The notes under the pieces were generated by a model. It did not search any database. It saw only the letters and a program-made list of their open reading frames with translations, and had not been told where the DNA came from. From Octopus sinensis (lineage: Eukaryota), in NCBI RefSeq assembly GCF_006345805.1, contig NC_043007.1, positions 59,954,001 to 60,018,000 of the forward strand: a DNA stretch of 64,000 nucleotides. Direction: 5' to 3'. A program made the translations under genes and the position numbers. Of the stretch, positions 29,116-42,404 are shown piece by piece. Each line of letters starts with the position of its first letter. Position 1 is the stretch's first letter.

Positions 29116-29183
29116 TATGTATGTATGTATGTATGTATGTATGTATGTATGTATGTATGTATGTATGTGTGTGTGTATGTACG

Positions 29184-29309
29184 TATCTCCAGGGATACAG
29201 GCATCCAGCAACAGGACCTCCGTAATGCTATGATGGACCGTGAAGTCTGGCGCAACATGGTAAATTCCATTGTCTCGACCACGGTCGAACAATGATGATG
29301 ATGATGATG
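29184..29309 (+). mobile_element. RTE-type LINE extreme 3' end with (ATG)n tail
   Basis: [35 protein letters not shown] followed by (tga)n. Confidence 0.65.
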
Positions 29310-29484
29310 TGTATGTACGTACGTACGTACAAGTAGATTGATAGATAGCTTGATAGACAGATGTAAACATACATACACACACACACACATATATATATAT
29401 GTATATAAACGTGTGTATACACACACAGACACACACACACACACACACACACCACACACACACACACACATATATATTTATATA

Positions 29485-30745
29485 TAGGATGTCCTGGAAT
29501 TAAGGCAACCGAAGTTTCGGGTTTTAATAACTATCAATAAATGTAATAACATATATGAAATTTATACATCATTATAAAAGCTTTAGTGTGTTTTCTCTTT
29601 GTTTCAGACTAAATAAATTTAGATTTATAAATTAGATAATGGCTTTAGACTGAAACACAATCATAGCCCTCCACAAAGGAGGCGAAAGAAATAAAACTAT
29701 AGCTAAAAAGCTTAATATTAACCGAATAACAGTCTGGAAAATTGTCAAGAAATTTCAAGACACTTGTTCCACCGCTGATCGACTTGAACTTGACCGAAAA
29801 AGAAGTGTGCGGACCCATTAGCTTATCAAAAGTACCTGAGAAAAATACGGCGAAATCCTTGTCAGTCCGTCAGAAAACTGGCTGTCACAGCAAAATAAGC
29901 CGAACATCGATGTATTGTGTGACGAAAGAGAATCTCAGGATCCACCCCTTCAAGATGATCCACCGTCATGAGCTCACGCAAGTTTATAAGACCATGAAAC
30001 TAGATAGAAATCGTCTTATCCCGCGTCAGATTGCTGAAAGCACGCTGCTGAACCTGGTGTTCACTGATGAAAAGAAATTTGGTATCGAACAAACAGTAAA
30101 CCACCAGAATGACAGACTTTGGGATGTACCTGCCTCCGTCGAGGATAGACTCGTAAATCGACCTCAAAATCTGCAGCTAGTTTGGGCGGCTGTGGCAGCC
30201 ACTAGCAAGTCTATCCTTGTTTTTGTGCCCTCGGGTATTAAAGTTAATATCCAGCGATACATTAGCGACATTTTGGAAGCTGAACTGTTTTCATAGGCAA
30301 ACGAGCACTTTCAAGGCGCATCTTGGAGCTTCCAACAGGACTCGGCACCACAGCTCCAAACAGACACAGCACTGGACTAAAAAAAAATTCCGTTGTTCAT
30401 AGGCAAGGATGTATGGCCCTCAAAAAGCCCCGATCTAAGCCCGTTGAAGTTTTCTCTTTGGTTCATTTTGGAGACGAGGATCTCCAGCACTCCTCATGCT
30501 TCGGTTGACGTTCTGAAGGCAAAAACTGCGCCAGGAATGTCTTCGATTCCGCAAGAACGGCTGCATGCCGCGTGTGAAGCATTCGTACCTAGACTTTAGG
30601 CTGTGATTCGAAATAGAGGTAGCAATAACGAATAAATGTGGTAGTGTCATAATTGTGATTCCCTTACGTTAAGACCCGGAATATAACAATATTTTGCTTT
30701 GGCAAAATTGAAAAGAGTTGGTTGCCTTAATTTTGGGGCACCCTC
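29485..30745 (+). mobile_element. Full-length decayed Tc1/mariner-superfamily transposon, maT/DD37D-like
   Basis: Imperfect ~26 bp TIRs (…aattaaggcaacc at 29485-29510; ggttgccttaatt… at 30720-30745), TA flanks, internal transposase. Confidence 0.88.
29639..30635 (+). pseudogene. DD37D-like transposase pseudogene
   Basis: N-terminal HTH (IIALHKGGERNKTIAKKLNINRITVWKIVKKF), then LVFTDEKKF, FQQDSAP, WPSKSPDLSPLKF. Contains stops and frameshifts. Confidence 0.85.
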
Positions 30746-30785
30746 TATGTATGTATGTATGTATGTATGTATGTATGTATGTATG

Positions 30786-30835
<50 letters not shown>

Positions 30836-31377
30836 GAAGCTCTCGGCCCTTAAGTCACTGTGTTGCTTCTGATAAATATTAATAAAAAATATATGTACAA
30901 ACACCAATAGATAGAAGGATACATAATTATATTCTCATAGATGCGTACATATATATGTGCACATATATATGAGTGAACATGCTTGTGTGTGAGTTTGTGT
31001 ATGTATGTATGTATGTGTATTTGTATTACTGTTTTAATAAAAGCGCATTCAAGTTGATTTTATAAAAGCCATGACGATGAGTGTATGGGTGTTTATGCAC
31101 ATGTATGTGTGAATATATGTAAGTATAATAATGTTGGCACAATTACATTGGGGTTGGTTAAATAATAGAGCTCCGTTGGAATTTCTGCTGCCTGTGCCAG
31201 AAATCTGACTTTTGATGCTGTTCATATAGTTGCAGCTAACTTTCAAATTGTTCTTGTCAAATAGTTTGCCAATTGGAAAGAGCTTTTATATAAGGTTCAA
31301 GATAATTCTGGCGATGTTGATTCCACACCTAGTCTACAGAGGGGATTAAATCGGATGACGTTATGCATCAACACTTT

Positions 31378-31457
<80 letters not shown>

Positions 31458-32049
31458 TGTGTGTGGTTCTGCAAGGTGTTACAAGGCGGTATATGTTGTA
31501 TCTCTTCATGGAGTCCGTACTCTTTCAAGGCGTCAAAACGGTTGACATTTGGCGTTATATTAGAAATACCGGGCTAATATCATTAACTAGATTGAGACGG
31601 CAAGCTGGCAGACTTCTTAGCACGTCGGGAAAATTGCTTAGCGTTATTTCGCCCGCCTTTACGTTCTGAGTTCAAATTCTGCCGAGGTCGACTTTCCTTT
31701 CATCCTTTCGAGGTCGATAAAATAAGTACCAGGCAAACACTGGTACTTATTCCAACGCCGAAATTCCTGGCCTTGTGCCAAAATTTGAAACCAGATTAAG
31801 GCAGTGAGCAGGCTGAATCATTAACACGCCGGGCAAAATGTTTAGCGACATTTTGAACGGTTTTACGTTCTGAGTTCAAATTTCAGAGAGGTTGACTTTA
31901 CCTTTCATCCTTTCGCGATTGATGAAATAAGTACCAGTCGAGCACTGGGTCGATTTAATCATCTCCTTCCCCCGAAATTCCTGGCCTTGTGCCAAAATTT
32001 CAAACCAATATTATTCACTAGATTCTTCAAGGCCACGTAGGGAGGACCA

Positions 32050-32305
32050 GAAAACTTAATATATATAAATCGTTTCCATATCCTAATTATAGTAAGGCAA
32101 AGCTGAACCCTCTTGTCACGATGCCTCGAAAATAAAGTATAGTATATTCCATCGAATAATACCACCTGAAACCACAGAAATGTGGATGTGTCTCAACAGC
32201 TGGTTTAATCCTCCATACAGCCTGGATGTGACACCAAATATGGCTAAGAACATTCTTGAATTTGGTAGAGATGTCCCACCCGATTGGTAGCAAATACCAT
32301 AAACC
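32050..32305 (+). pseudogene. Penelope-like element fragment (region C-terminal to RT)
   Basis: Translates [19 protein letters not shown], then (other frame) HPIGSKYHK, resembling the PLE WFNPPYS...NIGK.FL...HF....KLHK motif. Confidence 0.6.
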
Positions 32306-32374
32306 ATACATACATACATTCGCATACATATATATGTACATACATATCCAAAATATACATACACCTATATGTGT

Positions 32375-32453
<79 letters not shown>

Positions 32454-32796
32454 TACATACACATGTACACACACATTATATCATTGAAAGTAAACAGTGT
32501 TAATTGAGTGTATAAAACAGGAGATAACCATCCGAGTGGAGGTTCATGTTTCATATCCTACCGTGGACATCGAACTGCTAATAGGCCAACGTAATTATAT
32601 ATTGTGTACAGTCTCTGTATGTAGCAGCCCTGTAAAATAGACGAGTGCTTCTGTTTATCGCTTCCACCATTGGTTAATTAATCGATCAACGGATGAATCG
32701 ATTAAATATGCAAACCTCAATATGCTAACCTATTTGAAACGCGTGTAAACAAGATAAATCGCTGATAATACATTTTCATTCTTTGTATCTGTGTGT

Positions 32797-32862
<66 letters not shown>

Positions 32863-33669
32863 CTGTGTGTCTGTATGTCTGTGTGTACATATGTATGTAT
32901 GCAAAAAATTTTCGATTGATGCCGACTCCACTGCTACTTATAATGTCTAGTGAGAAACGGAATAGATAGCATCAGCCGAATACATTCAATAACTCTACTC
33001 TCTCCTCCTCCTCCTTTCCATTCAGATCACTATGTGTGTGTTTATACGTGTGGAGAGTGTGTATGTGTATATTTGTGAATGGTAATGAATGCCCTTGTTC
33101 GTCTGTGTATACGAGTGAGAGAGAATATGGTGGGAATACAGCTTTATGACCGACCTAAAGATTCTTTTTTTAACAAGTAATTGAATTGAGTTTGACAATA
33201 ACTAATAAGGAAAATGAGCTGGCTAATTAGACATGTTCACTACTTAAACCAATTTGCACTGATTATCTTTAAAATCTCATTTGTAAAGAATAAAGTCTAT
33301 ATTTTTCAGATCACGAGGTTATTAGTTTAACACTTGAAACACATACATACAAACACACAAACACATACATACAAACACACAAATATATACATACAAAAAC
33401 ATACGTTCAAACACACAGACATACTATCACACAAACATGCAACTCATAATGTATAGCCTTTTCTGTTTTGTATTTTTATTTTCGTTTGTTTTTGTTTTGT
33501 TTTTTTTTTTCAAATGAAAATCATATTTTCTTTCTATAACCTGTCAAAACATTGATTTGAATGTAATTGCTTTACGTAAAGTGAACTTTCTAACTTTGTG
33601 TTTCTCATAAGAAGCAGATGGGGACTGTGAAGATTCAAAACTTTGTTGCGGACACATTGCCATGTACAA

Positions 33670-34380
33670 TTCTTTCCACAATAGGCTCAAAATTTGAAAA
33701 TTTTAAAGGATTGAACTAATCAATTACATGTTCGCCAGTGTTCAACTGGTATCTGGTGTCATCGTCCCTGAAAGGTTGAAAGTCGACCACGGCGACATTT
33801 GAGCTCAGAATGTAAAACCAAAAGAAATACCTATTTTTTTACTACCCACAAGGGGCTAAACACAGAGAGGACAAACAAGGACAGACAAACGGATTAAGTC
33901 GATTATATCGACCCCAGTGCGTAACTGGTACTTATTTAATCGACCCCGAAAGGATGAAAGGCAAAGTCAACCTCGGCGGAATTTGAACTCAGAACGTAGC
34001 GATAGACGAAATACGGCTACGCATTTCGCACGGCGTGCTAACGTTTCTGCTAGCCCACCGCCTTTAAACGTGAAGACAGGTGAAATACCTATTTCTTTAC
34101 TACACTCAACTGGCTAAACACAGAGGGGACAAACAAGGTCAGACAAAAAGATTAAGTCGATTATATCGACCCCAGTGCGTAACTGGTACTTAATTTATCG
34201 ACCCCGAAAGGATGAAAGGCAAAGTCGACTCGGCGGAATTTGAACTCAGAACGCAACGTAGACGAAATACGGCTACGCATTTCGCCCGGCGTGCTAACGT
34301 TTCTGCCAACTCGCCGCCTTAACCAAAAGAAATACCGTTTAGTATTTTGTCTGGCGCGGCAAAGAGTCTGCCAGCTCACC
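33670..34380 (-). mobile_element. Nested tRNA-derived SINEs (family B): young dimer 33832-34320 inside an older copy
   Basis: Head ggcggcgagctggcagaa…gagttcaaattcc (A/B boxes); core gcctttcatcctttcggggtcgataaa; 16 bp TSD at 33816 and 34321. Confidence 0.85.
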
Positions 34381-35914
34381 ATATTGCTGTCATGTATTAT
34401 ATTATCCTTTCTACTATACGCATAAGGCTTGAAATTTTGGGACAGGGGAGACGTCGATCACATCGGCCTCAGTGCTGAAATGGTGCTTATTTTGTCTACC
34501 CAGCAAGGCAAACTTGATGATTAAAGCCTGAAGAAATGGCGTTGAGTATCTTGTTCAGTGTGCTAACGATTCTGCCAGCTTGCTGTATAATAAAATTAGT
34601 TTCAAATTTTGGTACAAGGCCAGCAATTTCAGGTGTGTCAACCCCAATGCTCAACTAATACTTATTTTATCGACCCCGGAAGGATGAAAGCCAAAGTCGT
34701 CCTCGGTGAAATCAGAACTCAGAATGTAAAGACGGGCGAAATGCCGCATTTTGTCCGGTTTTCTAACGATTCTACTAGTTCGCTGTCTTAATAATAATGA
34801 TAATCCTTTCTGTTGTAAGCAGAATTGCCTGAAGAAATTTGCTGAGTATTGTGTATGTTGTGCTAACGCTTCTGCCAGCTTGCCACCTTATTGCCACGTA
34901 CAATAAATTTAAATTGTTTTAAGCTTTTTAATCTTATCCAACGCCATGGCGAAATAAAATGAATTATACGGATCCGAACTGTGTTTTGTAATTAATAAAG
35001 AGTGATCTCTTAAAATTTCAGTAATGTTCAATGGGGGATACTTCTTAGTTTGCGGATCAAATTGAGAAATCAATACAATGGGGGTTGGTTAAATCTATTG
35101 AAACAAATATGACAAACTGGACCAAATATGAAGTTCTGTTTATTATACACGGTAAGCAGGGCGGCAAGCTAGGTGAATCGTTAGCACGCCGGGCAAAATA
35201 CTTAGCAGAATTTTGTCCGTCTTTACGTTTTGAGGTCAAAATCCGCCATTGTCTAGTTTACCTTTCATCCTTTCGGTGTCGGTAAACTAAGTCCTAGGCA
35301 AACACTGGAGTCGATGTAATCGACTTATCCCTCTCCCAAAATTGTTGGCCTTGAGCCAACATTTGGCTCAATGTACTCGGTAACCTCGGGAAATTAGTGG
35401 AATTAGTGTCTTCTTGTGAGTGGAGGTCACCGCAGAGAAGATGTTTAGTTTCTTCCATTGATATCGTGAAGCAGATGAGAGACAATGCATCTCGTATTAG
35501 CAGAATAGCAACCTTTGCCCAGAAGCAATGAAACTAACAGATTTGATCTTATGACCTATAAGCAAGTAATCCAGTTCTCTTATCCACTCCGTAATCGTGC
35601 CGTTGCTTCCACAAATGACTGGCTGGCTGGCTGGATGGATGGATGGATGGCCGGCTGGCTGGATGGATGGAGGGAGGGAGGGAGGGATGGGTGGGTGGAT
35701 GGGTGGATGGGTGATGGATGGATGGATGGATGGATGGATGGATGGCAGTTTACTCTTAGTTTCACACCAGTTTAGTGTAAAATCCAGCTTGAGCGAAACC
35801 CAAAGTAAACAGTCCTCTTTTGAGAAAATGAAATATCTACCTAACGTACTGAGTTCTTTCCAGATAATACTTACTCTATGTAAAATAATATTTTAATAAA
35901 CTTTATAGCGTTAT

Positions 35915-36362
35915 GGGCGTGGTTGTGTGATAAGAAGCTTGCTTCCCAGCCAAGTGGTTCTGGGTTAAGTCCACTGCGTGACACCTTGGACAAGGTTCTT
36001 CTACTTTCAACGCGGGCCGACGAAAGCCTTGTGATTAGATTTGGTAGATGGAAACTGAAAGAAACCCGTCATATATATGTGTGCTTGTGTGCGTATGTGT
36101 GTGTATGCGCGTGTGTGTGTATGCGTGTGTATGTGTGTGTGTGTTTCTTTGTGTCTATGTTTGACACCTACCACCTAACTTGGGAACCGGTGTTGGTATG
36201 TTTATACCCCCCGTAACTTAGCAGTTCGGCAAAAAAAAACCAACAGAATAAGTACTTGTGCTTAAAACAAATAAGTACTGGCATTGATTCATTCGACAAG
36301 AAAATTCTTCAAAGCGATGCCCCAGCATGTCCGCAGTCTAATGACTGAAACAAGTAAAAGAT
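35915..36362 (+). mobile_element. SINE family A with internal (TG)n. Further copies at ~1-130, 2830-3090, 13500-13890(-), 24100-24320(-), 27330-27520, 27640-28068, 44410-44570 plus 45660-45900, 56638-57110 and 63225-63410(-)
   Basis: Head gtgtg.taagaagcttgcttccc…caccttgggcaag; body gcttgacaaccggtgttggtgtgtttacgtccccgtaac; tail cagcatggccgcagtc…tgactgaaacaagtaaaag. Confidence 0.85.
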
Positions 36363-36617
36363 AACTCTTAAACCGCTGGACTGGAAGAATTGTTAAAGCG
36401 TTGGAAAAAAACGCTATCCGTTGTTTATTCCGTCCGGCCGTTCACTGAGTTTAAATCTCGCTGGGGTCAATCTTCCTCTTTCGTGCTTTCAGTGTCGATA
36501 AAATTATGTACCACGTTAGTAGTGAGGACGATGGCATTAACTAAACGCCCTCTTCTCAAAATCACTGGCCTTGCGCCTAAATTAGAATCCGATATATTTT
36601 ACAACACTTTTATTACG

Positions 36618-36679
<62 letters not shown>

Positions 36680-36939
36680 TGAATATATGTGGCAGTGTGT
36701 GAATATATGTGGCAGTGTGTCAGTATCTGAAAGCGAAAAGCAGATAAAGAAAAAAGGAATAGTAAGTTGTTAATGACGTCACAGGTTCGTAGTGAATCAG
36801 CCTGTAATCTCGCTCTGCTCGTTGCCCCGGGTTCTTCCAAACACAATACCTCCACCACCTCTACATACTGACACACACACACACATATAAACAAACTAGC
36901 AAACACTTGTGTATGTTGTGTATATATATATATATAAGA

Positions 36940-36998
<59 letters not shown>

Positions 36999-38213
36999 AT
37001 ATAAAGACACACACACTCACTTAGGGCAAAGCAATTATAAATGTTAACTTCTCGCAGCCGACATCTGAACGTTGGATAATATTTCAAATGCTTGTTGCCA
37101 TAGCTAACTTGACTTGGAAATGTTTTAAATTATGTGTGTTTGCGTTTGTGTGCACGTGGATGTGTGTGTGTGTGTGTGTTTACATGCGCACATTGGGCGG
37201 TTAAATGGCTGAAACGTTTGAGCATCAACTAGACTACCTCTTGGCATTCGTTCCGGCCTTCTGTGTTCTGAGTTTAAGTCTCGTTGGGGTTAATTTTACT
37301 TTTCTTTCGAGGATTTATTAAGCACCAGTCCTGTACTAGGGACAAATCTTCTCTCTGTGTCACTCTTCCTTTATCTCTGTCTATCTGTTTGTTTCTCTTA
37401 GTGGAAGACACCAACTGCGATTAAGCTTCGTAAGGAATGGGCTCTGCTAGATATGAATATGCCTAAGACAGGCCGATTGCCACAACTTCACCTCCACCAA
37501 TCCATTGTGGCGTTGGAAGTCCAAGCCACATGTGTCTGGGTTTAATGAGGAGTAAAATCACGGGGATTAGAAATAGAATTAAGTATTCGATTTTTTAGAT
37601 TATGATGACCAAAGTTTATTCAAAGTTGATTCTGTTTCCCATTTCCGATCTTCATGCGACTGATTATAGAATGTTTGAACCCTACAGATATATACTTCAG
37701 TTGAAACTATTTAAATCCAGCTGAAAGCTGTAGAGAATATGTATTTCTGTGAGTTTACTCTGGGAAGTTACTCAACCTTACCGACCCAAAAAGGATGACA
37801 AGCAAAGTCGACTACGGCGGAATTTGAATGCAAAACGTAATGACAGACGAAATTCCTGCTAACGTTTCTGCCAGCTTGTCGCCTTAGCTATTCAATAAAT
37901 ATTGGTTTTAAATTTTAGCACAAGGCCAGCAGTTTCGCGGGAGAGGGAACAAGTCGATTGAATCGACCCAAGTTCTTGCCTGGTACTTATTTTATCGACC
38001 CCCGAGAGGATAAAAGGCAAAAGAAAAGCCGACCTCGGCAGAATTTGAACTCAAAATGTAGACATACGGATTAGCGATAAGCATTTCGGCCGGTGTGTGT
38101 ATGCTAACGATTCTGCCAATTTGCTGTCCTAAATTATTCTGGGAATATTAGTAAGTTATTTTCTGTTGTTAACTCATAAGAATATACGAATGCGTAATAA
38201 ATCGTAAATAGTG

Positions 38214-38696
38214 GTGTTCCTAAAGTATGGAGCCGGAAATTATCTAGTACGCCAAAGAACTGTAATTTCTCCCGAATCTGAAGAAAAAAATGGAAATCTG
38301 AGGCGAGGTTTGCACACATACACCCACCACGACCATCTCCATCACCCGTAATTTTTCAATTTTTATTTTATTTCGGAAAATTTTTCTTCGGATTTATGTT
38401 GCACATATTTTTGAAGACTTATAATCTCAGCTGTTTAAAACATAAATCTGAATAAAAAAAATTTCCAAAGGAAGTCAAAACTGAAGCAGTTATGCAAAGA
38501 TGGTCGGGGAGGAAAAAATCCCACCAATTTTAAAAATTCTATTGCTTATTTTAATTTTTTTTTTCTTATATCTATTTTATTTCATAATATATTTTGCAGG
38601 TTCGTAATCTAAAATGCTTAAAACGTGTAGATCCGAAAAAATTACAGTTTTTGGCGGCGCACTACAGAATTTCCGACTCAATTCATAAGGAACACT
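38214..38696. mobile_element. Decayed MITE with ~65 bp imperfect TIRs
   Basis: gtgttcct…ggaaatt…cgccaaagaactgtaattt versus aaattacagtttttggcg…aatttccg…aggaacac. Confidence 0.55.
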
Positions 38697-38877
38697 ATAT
38701 ATGGTAATTAAATGTATATTTTGGAGGAAATAGCAGAACTTATAACAATGGAGATAATATGTTTGGGGTTTCAGTTAAAATGGTATTGTCTGAGCGTGAG
38801 AAAAATGAATAGTACATATAGGATAGTCTGTAAAACATAAATCCGAAGGAGGAAGCACGCTCTAAGATATAGAGCAG

Positions 38878-38912
<35 letters not shown>

Positions 38913-39328
38913 TATATAAGTGTGTGTTTTGTGTGTTGTGTGTGTGTGTGTGTGTGTGTGTATTCTACGATTATTTGGTAATCGCTTACTGTGCATTGAC
39001 TATGCGAGGGTTAAAAATTAAGTGGGTGCTCCAGCACATACAAACATACGCACAGACAGGTGCGCACGAATATCTAGGTACATACACACACAAAATGCAC
39101 ACAAAGACACTCACATACAGACACACACAAACATACGTATGTATGCATACATGTATGTGTAGGTGTCTATGCGTGTATATGTGAGTGTGAGTGTATATGT
39201 GCATGTGGATATATGTACATACAAATGTATATACACACATATGTGTGTGTGAATGTATGTATACGCGGACATGTGTGTTCATATATACGATCAAAAGGGA
39301 TCGAAAACGTTTGTGACGTGTAAACAGC

Positions 39329-39368
<40 letters not shown>

Positions 39369-39389
39369 GAGGGGGGGGTAATAGGATAA

Positions 39390-40330
39390 AGTTGTGAGTG
39401 TGTTGTTGTTGATGTTGTTGTTGGTGGTGTTGGTTGGTGGCTGTTGGGATGTGGTGTATGGGTTGATGAGGATGGGAGTTAGTTTTTTCTTTTTTTCTTC
39501 AGGGTTGGATGTTTGTGTTGTTGTTGGTGGTGATAGTGATGGTGTTGTCTCTGTACTTGGTGGCGCTGATGGTGGTGTTGTTTGGTTGGGCTGGCTTTTT
39601 GGTTGGTGAAGCTCTTCCATTTGCTTTATCAGTTGTACTGCTGGTTGTGTGAGTAGCAGTGCCGGTTTGCCTTTCGGTTTGTGGCTTGGTTGTTGTTGTT
39701 GTTGTTTTGCTAGATGGCTGTCTTTTTTTAGATGGTGTCTGCTACCACAAAGGTACCAACATGGCCTTCTACCTTCAACGGCCACATAATGGGTTGTGCC
39801 ATCTGAAAGTTGAATCAAATCTGGGAGATTTTCTGTTGTTTCCAGATTTGCTCCAACTCATGTCCAATCCAATTTTGCTGTGCCAGGACGGCAATTTCTA
39901 GGATGTTGATTTCATCTACAAAATCGTAACAGATGGGTAATACGTCTTCAGTTATTACCTTTGTCACCCGACGACCGAGGTAGGTGGGAATCATTATAAA
40001 TTCCCCGCATTCCAGGCTTTTTATTGAGTAATCCTTTACGCGTTCTCCTGTATCAAACCTTACTTCGATCGTGGCAAATCTTTTGCCTCTTGCAATATAT
40101 ATTTTAAAAGCCCATATGGGCTGTACACATTTCTCAACTATTTCTTCAGTGGCCTGTTCTAATCTTTTATTTTTTGTGTTCAGGGTTTTGTAAATAATTT
40201 TTTTTTTTTTTAGATGTCTTGCAAAATGCTTTCTGGGGTGTTCAGTTTAATAGTTCTGTTTTCTTTGCATAATAATTGTTTACAATCAAGAAGTTCTTCC
40301 TTTGAGAAAGACATAAAAATATTTATTTTG
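39390..40330 (-). pseudogene. Decayed non-LTR retrotransposon ORF1 (gag-like, degenerate zinc knuckle, P/T/Q-rich tail)
   Basis: VAVEGRRPCWYLCGSRHHLKKD (CCHC-like), preceded by ...IYIARGKRFATIEVRF...IPTYLGRRVTKV; frameshifted. Confidence 0.55.
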
Positions 40331-40448
40331 CTTTAAAACAGAGGCAAAATTATTTAGTTTGTTGTTGTGACGTTGTTGTTGATGGTAGCAGTTTTCGTGG
40401 CAGAAGTGATAGTGGTGGTAGATAGACAGACAGAGGGACAAACATATT

Positions 40449-40538
<90 letters not shown>

Positions 40539-40816
40539 CAGATAGTCTCTCACTGCCATCCTTTCAGGAAGTGATAAGGAGAAGAGAGCAAGCAGCCGTC
40601 AAAAACGCTTGTGAACTGACGACATCAAAGAATGAATTTGAAACAAGAGCTTAGCTGATCGTATGCATGCAGCACACCACAGAAGTGGGAACTGAAGGGC
40701 CTTGACAACCCGAACTCTGAATACAGAAAGGGTCCTGACTGACTACTACTGACAAATAAATGCATCTCCTTCGATTTTTTTCTAAGGATTTATCAGCCCA
40801 ATATTTACATGCTATG

Positions 40817-41172
40817 AAGGCGGTGAGCTGGCAGAAACATTAGCACGCCGGGCGAAATGCTTAGCAGTATTTCGTCTGCCGCTACGTTCTGAGTTCAAAT
40901 TCCACCGAAGTTGACTTTGCCTTTCATCCTTTCAGGATCTATAAATTACGTACCAGTTATGCCCTGGGATCGATGTAATCGGCTTAATCCGTTTGTCTAT
41001 CCTTGTTTGTCTCCTCTGTCTTTACGTTCCGAGTTCAAATTCCGATGCGGTCATCTTTACCTTTCATACTTTCGGGGTCGATAAATTAAGTACCAGTTGC
41101 GTACTGGAGTCGATCTAGTCTACTAGCCCCCCTCCCCCAAAACTTCGGGCCTTGTGCCTTGAGTAGAAAAGA
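40817..41172 (+). mobile_element. SINE family B, two fused copies
   Basis: Same head and core; a young-type tail is joined to the body of a second copy at ~41015. Confidence 0.8.
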
Positions 41173-41291
41173 GTATTTACATGCTATTCTTTATAGCTGT
41201 AGTTGATATGCTTCGAGAACAATTATTAAAAAAATATCATGTTCTCTCGAAAGTTTATAAAATTCTTATGTCGTCGACAACACACACACAC

Positions 41292-41327
<36 letters not shown>

Positions 41328-42118
41328 ACACCACACACTCTTACAAACACACATATATATATATACAGAAAGAGAGGGGGAAAGTCATTTGCTTGTGAAA
41401 TGGGATGCATGAGCGTATGCTTTTGCATGAGTGTGAATATATTCGCTCATATAGACGTGTATCTATGTGCGTAGATGTGTGGTTGTGAATATACGTATCA
41501 TTACATATATGCATACATACATATATAGTACATACATGGATACATACATACATACATACATACATACATACACACACACATATATATATATATATGTGCA
41601 TATATACATACGTACAAATGTGTGTTTGCATGTGGCTGTGTTTTTTTTATGTGTGCACGTAGGCATGCCTCTGTGTGTGTGTATGTGTGTGATTTAGAGT
41701 ACGCATTCAATTTTTAACCAACATCTCACTGTCTTCGGTCCCATCATGATACATTTATAACCTGAAAGTCCACTCCAAGATATTGTAATCATGAAATACC
41801 TATCACACACGAAACACTGAACCATAGATGTTTTCGATGAATATTTGAGTGTCGAAATTCCTTCTGGCTACCAAATTAAGATAAATATATATATATTTTT
41901 TTATTTCTTCTATCATTCACACAAAAATAATATCATTCCAGTTAAAACTCTATACATACTTCCCCTATTGTTGAAAATTCTCCTTACTGTCACAAAATAT
42001 TTAGTATTTGTCAGACATTCTTACATTCTTATGAGTTCTTCACGGAGATTTCCACGTGAATTTCTATAATTTCTATAATCTTATAAACAAATGTATGTGT
42101 GTGTGTAATGCATGTATG

Positions 42119-42207
<89 letters not shown>

Positions 42208-42215
42208 TACAGTGT

Positions 42216-42288
<73 letters not shown>

Positions 42289-42292
<4 letters not shown>

Positions 42293-42390
42293 CTGACGAA
42301 GTGGTAGTAGTGGATGTTACTATTCGTCATGAGCATGGCACAGCGCTGTACGACGCAGCCCATGAGAAGGAACCGAAATACCAGCCGCTA
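42289..42390 (+). pseudogene. R2/NeSL-type restriction-like endonuclease fragment
   Basis: [31 protein letters not shown] fits the D-V-T-I/V-R-x-E...A..EK..KY..L RLE pattern. Confidence 0.6.
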
Positions 42391-42404
42391 ATTTCTCTCC
42401 TCGG

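Noticed and set aside
33816-34790. CRISPR-like or satellite array
   Set aside because: Eukaryotic context; the repeats are nested SINEs without regular repeat-spacer periodicity, and no cas genes are present.
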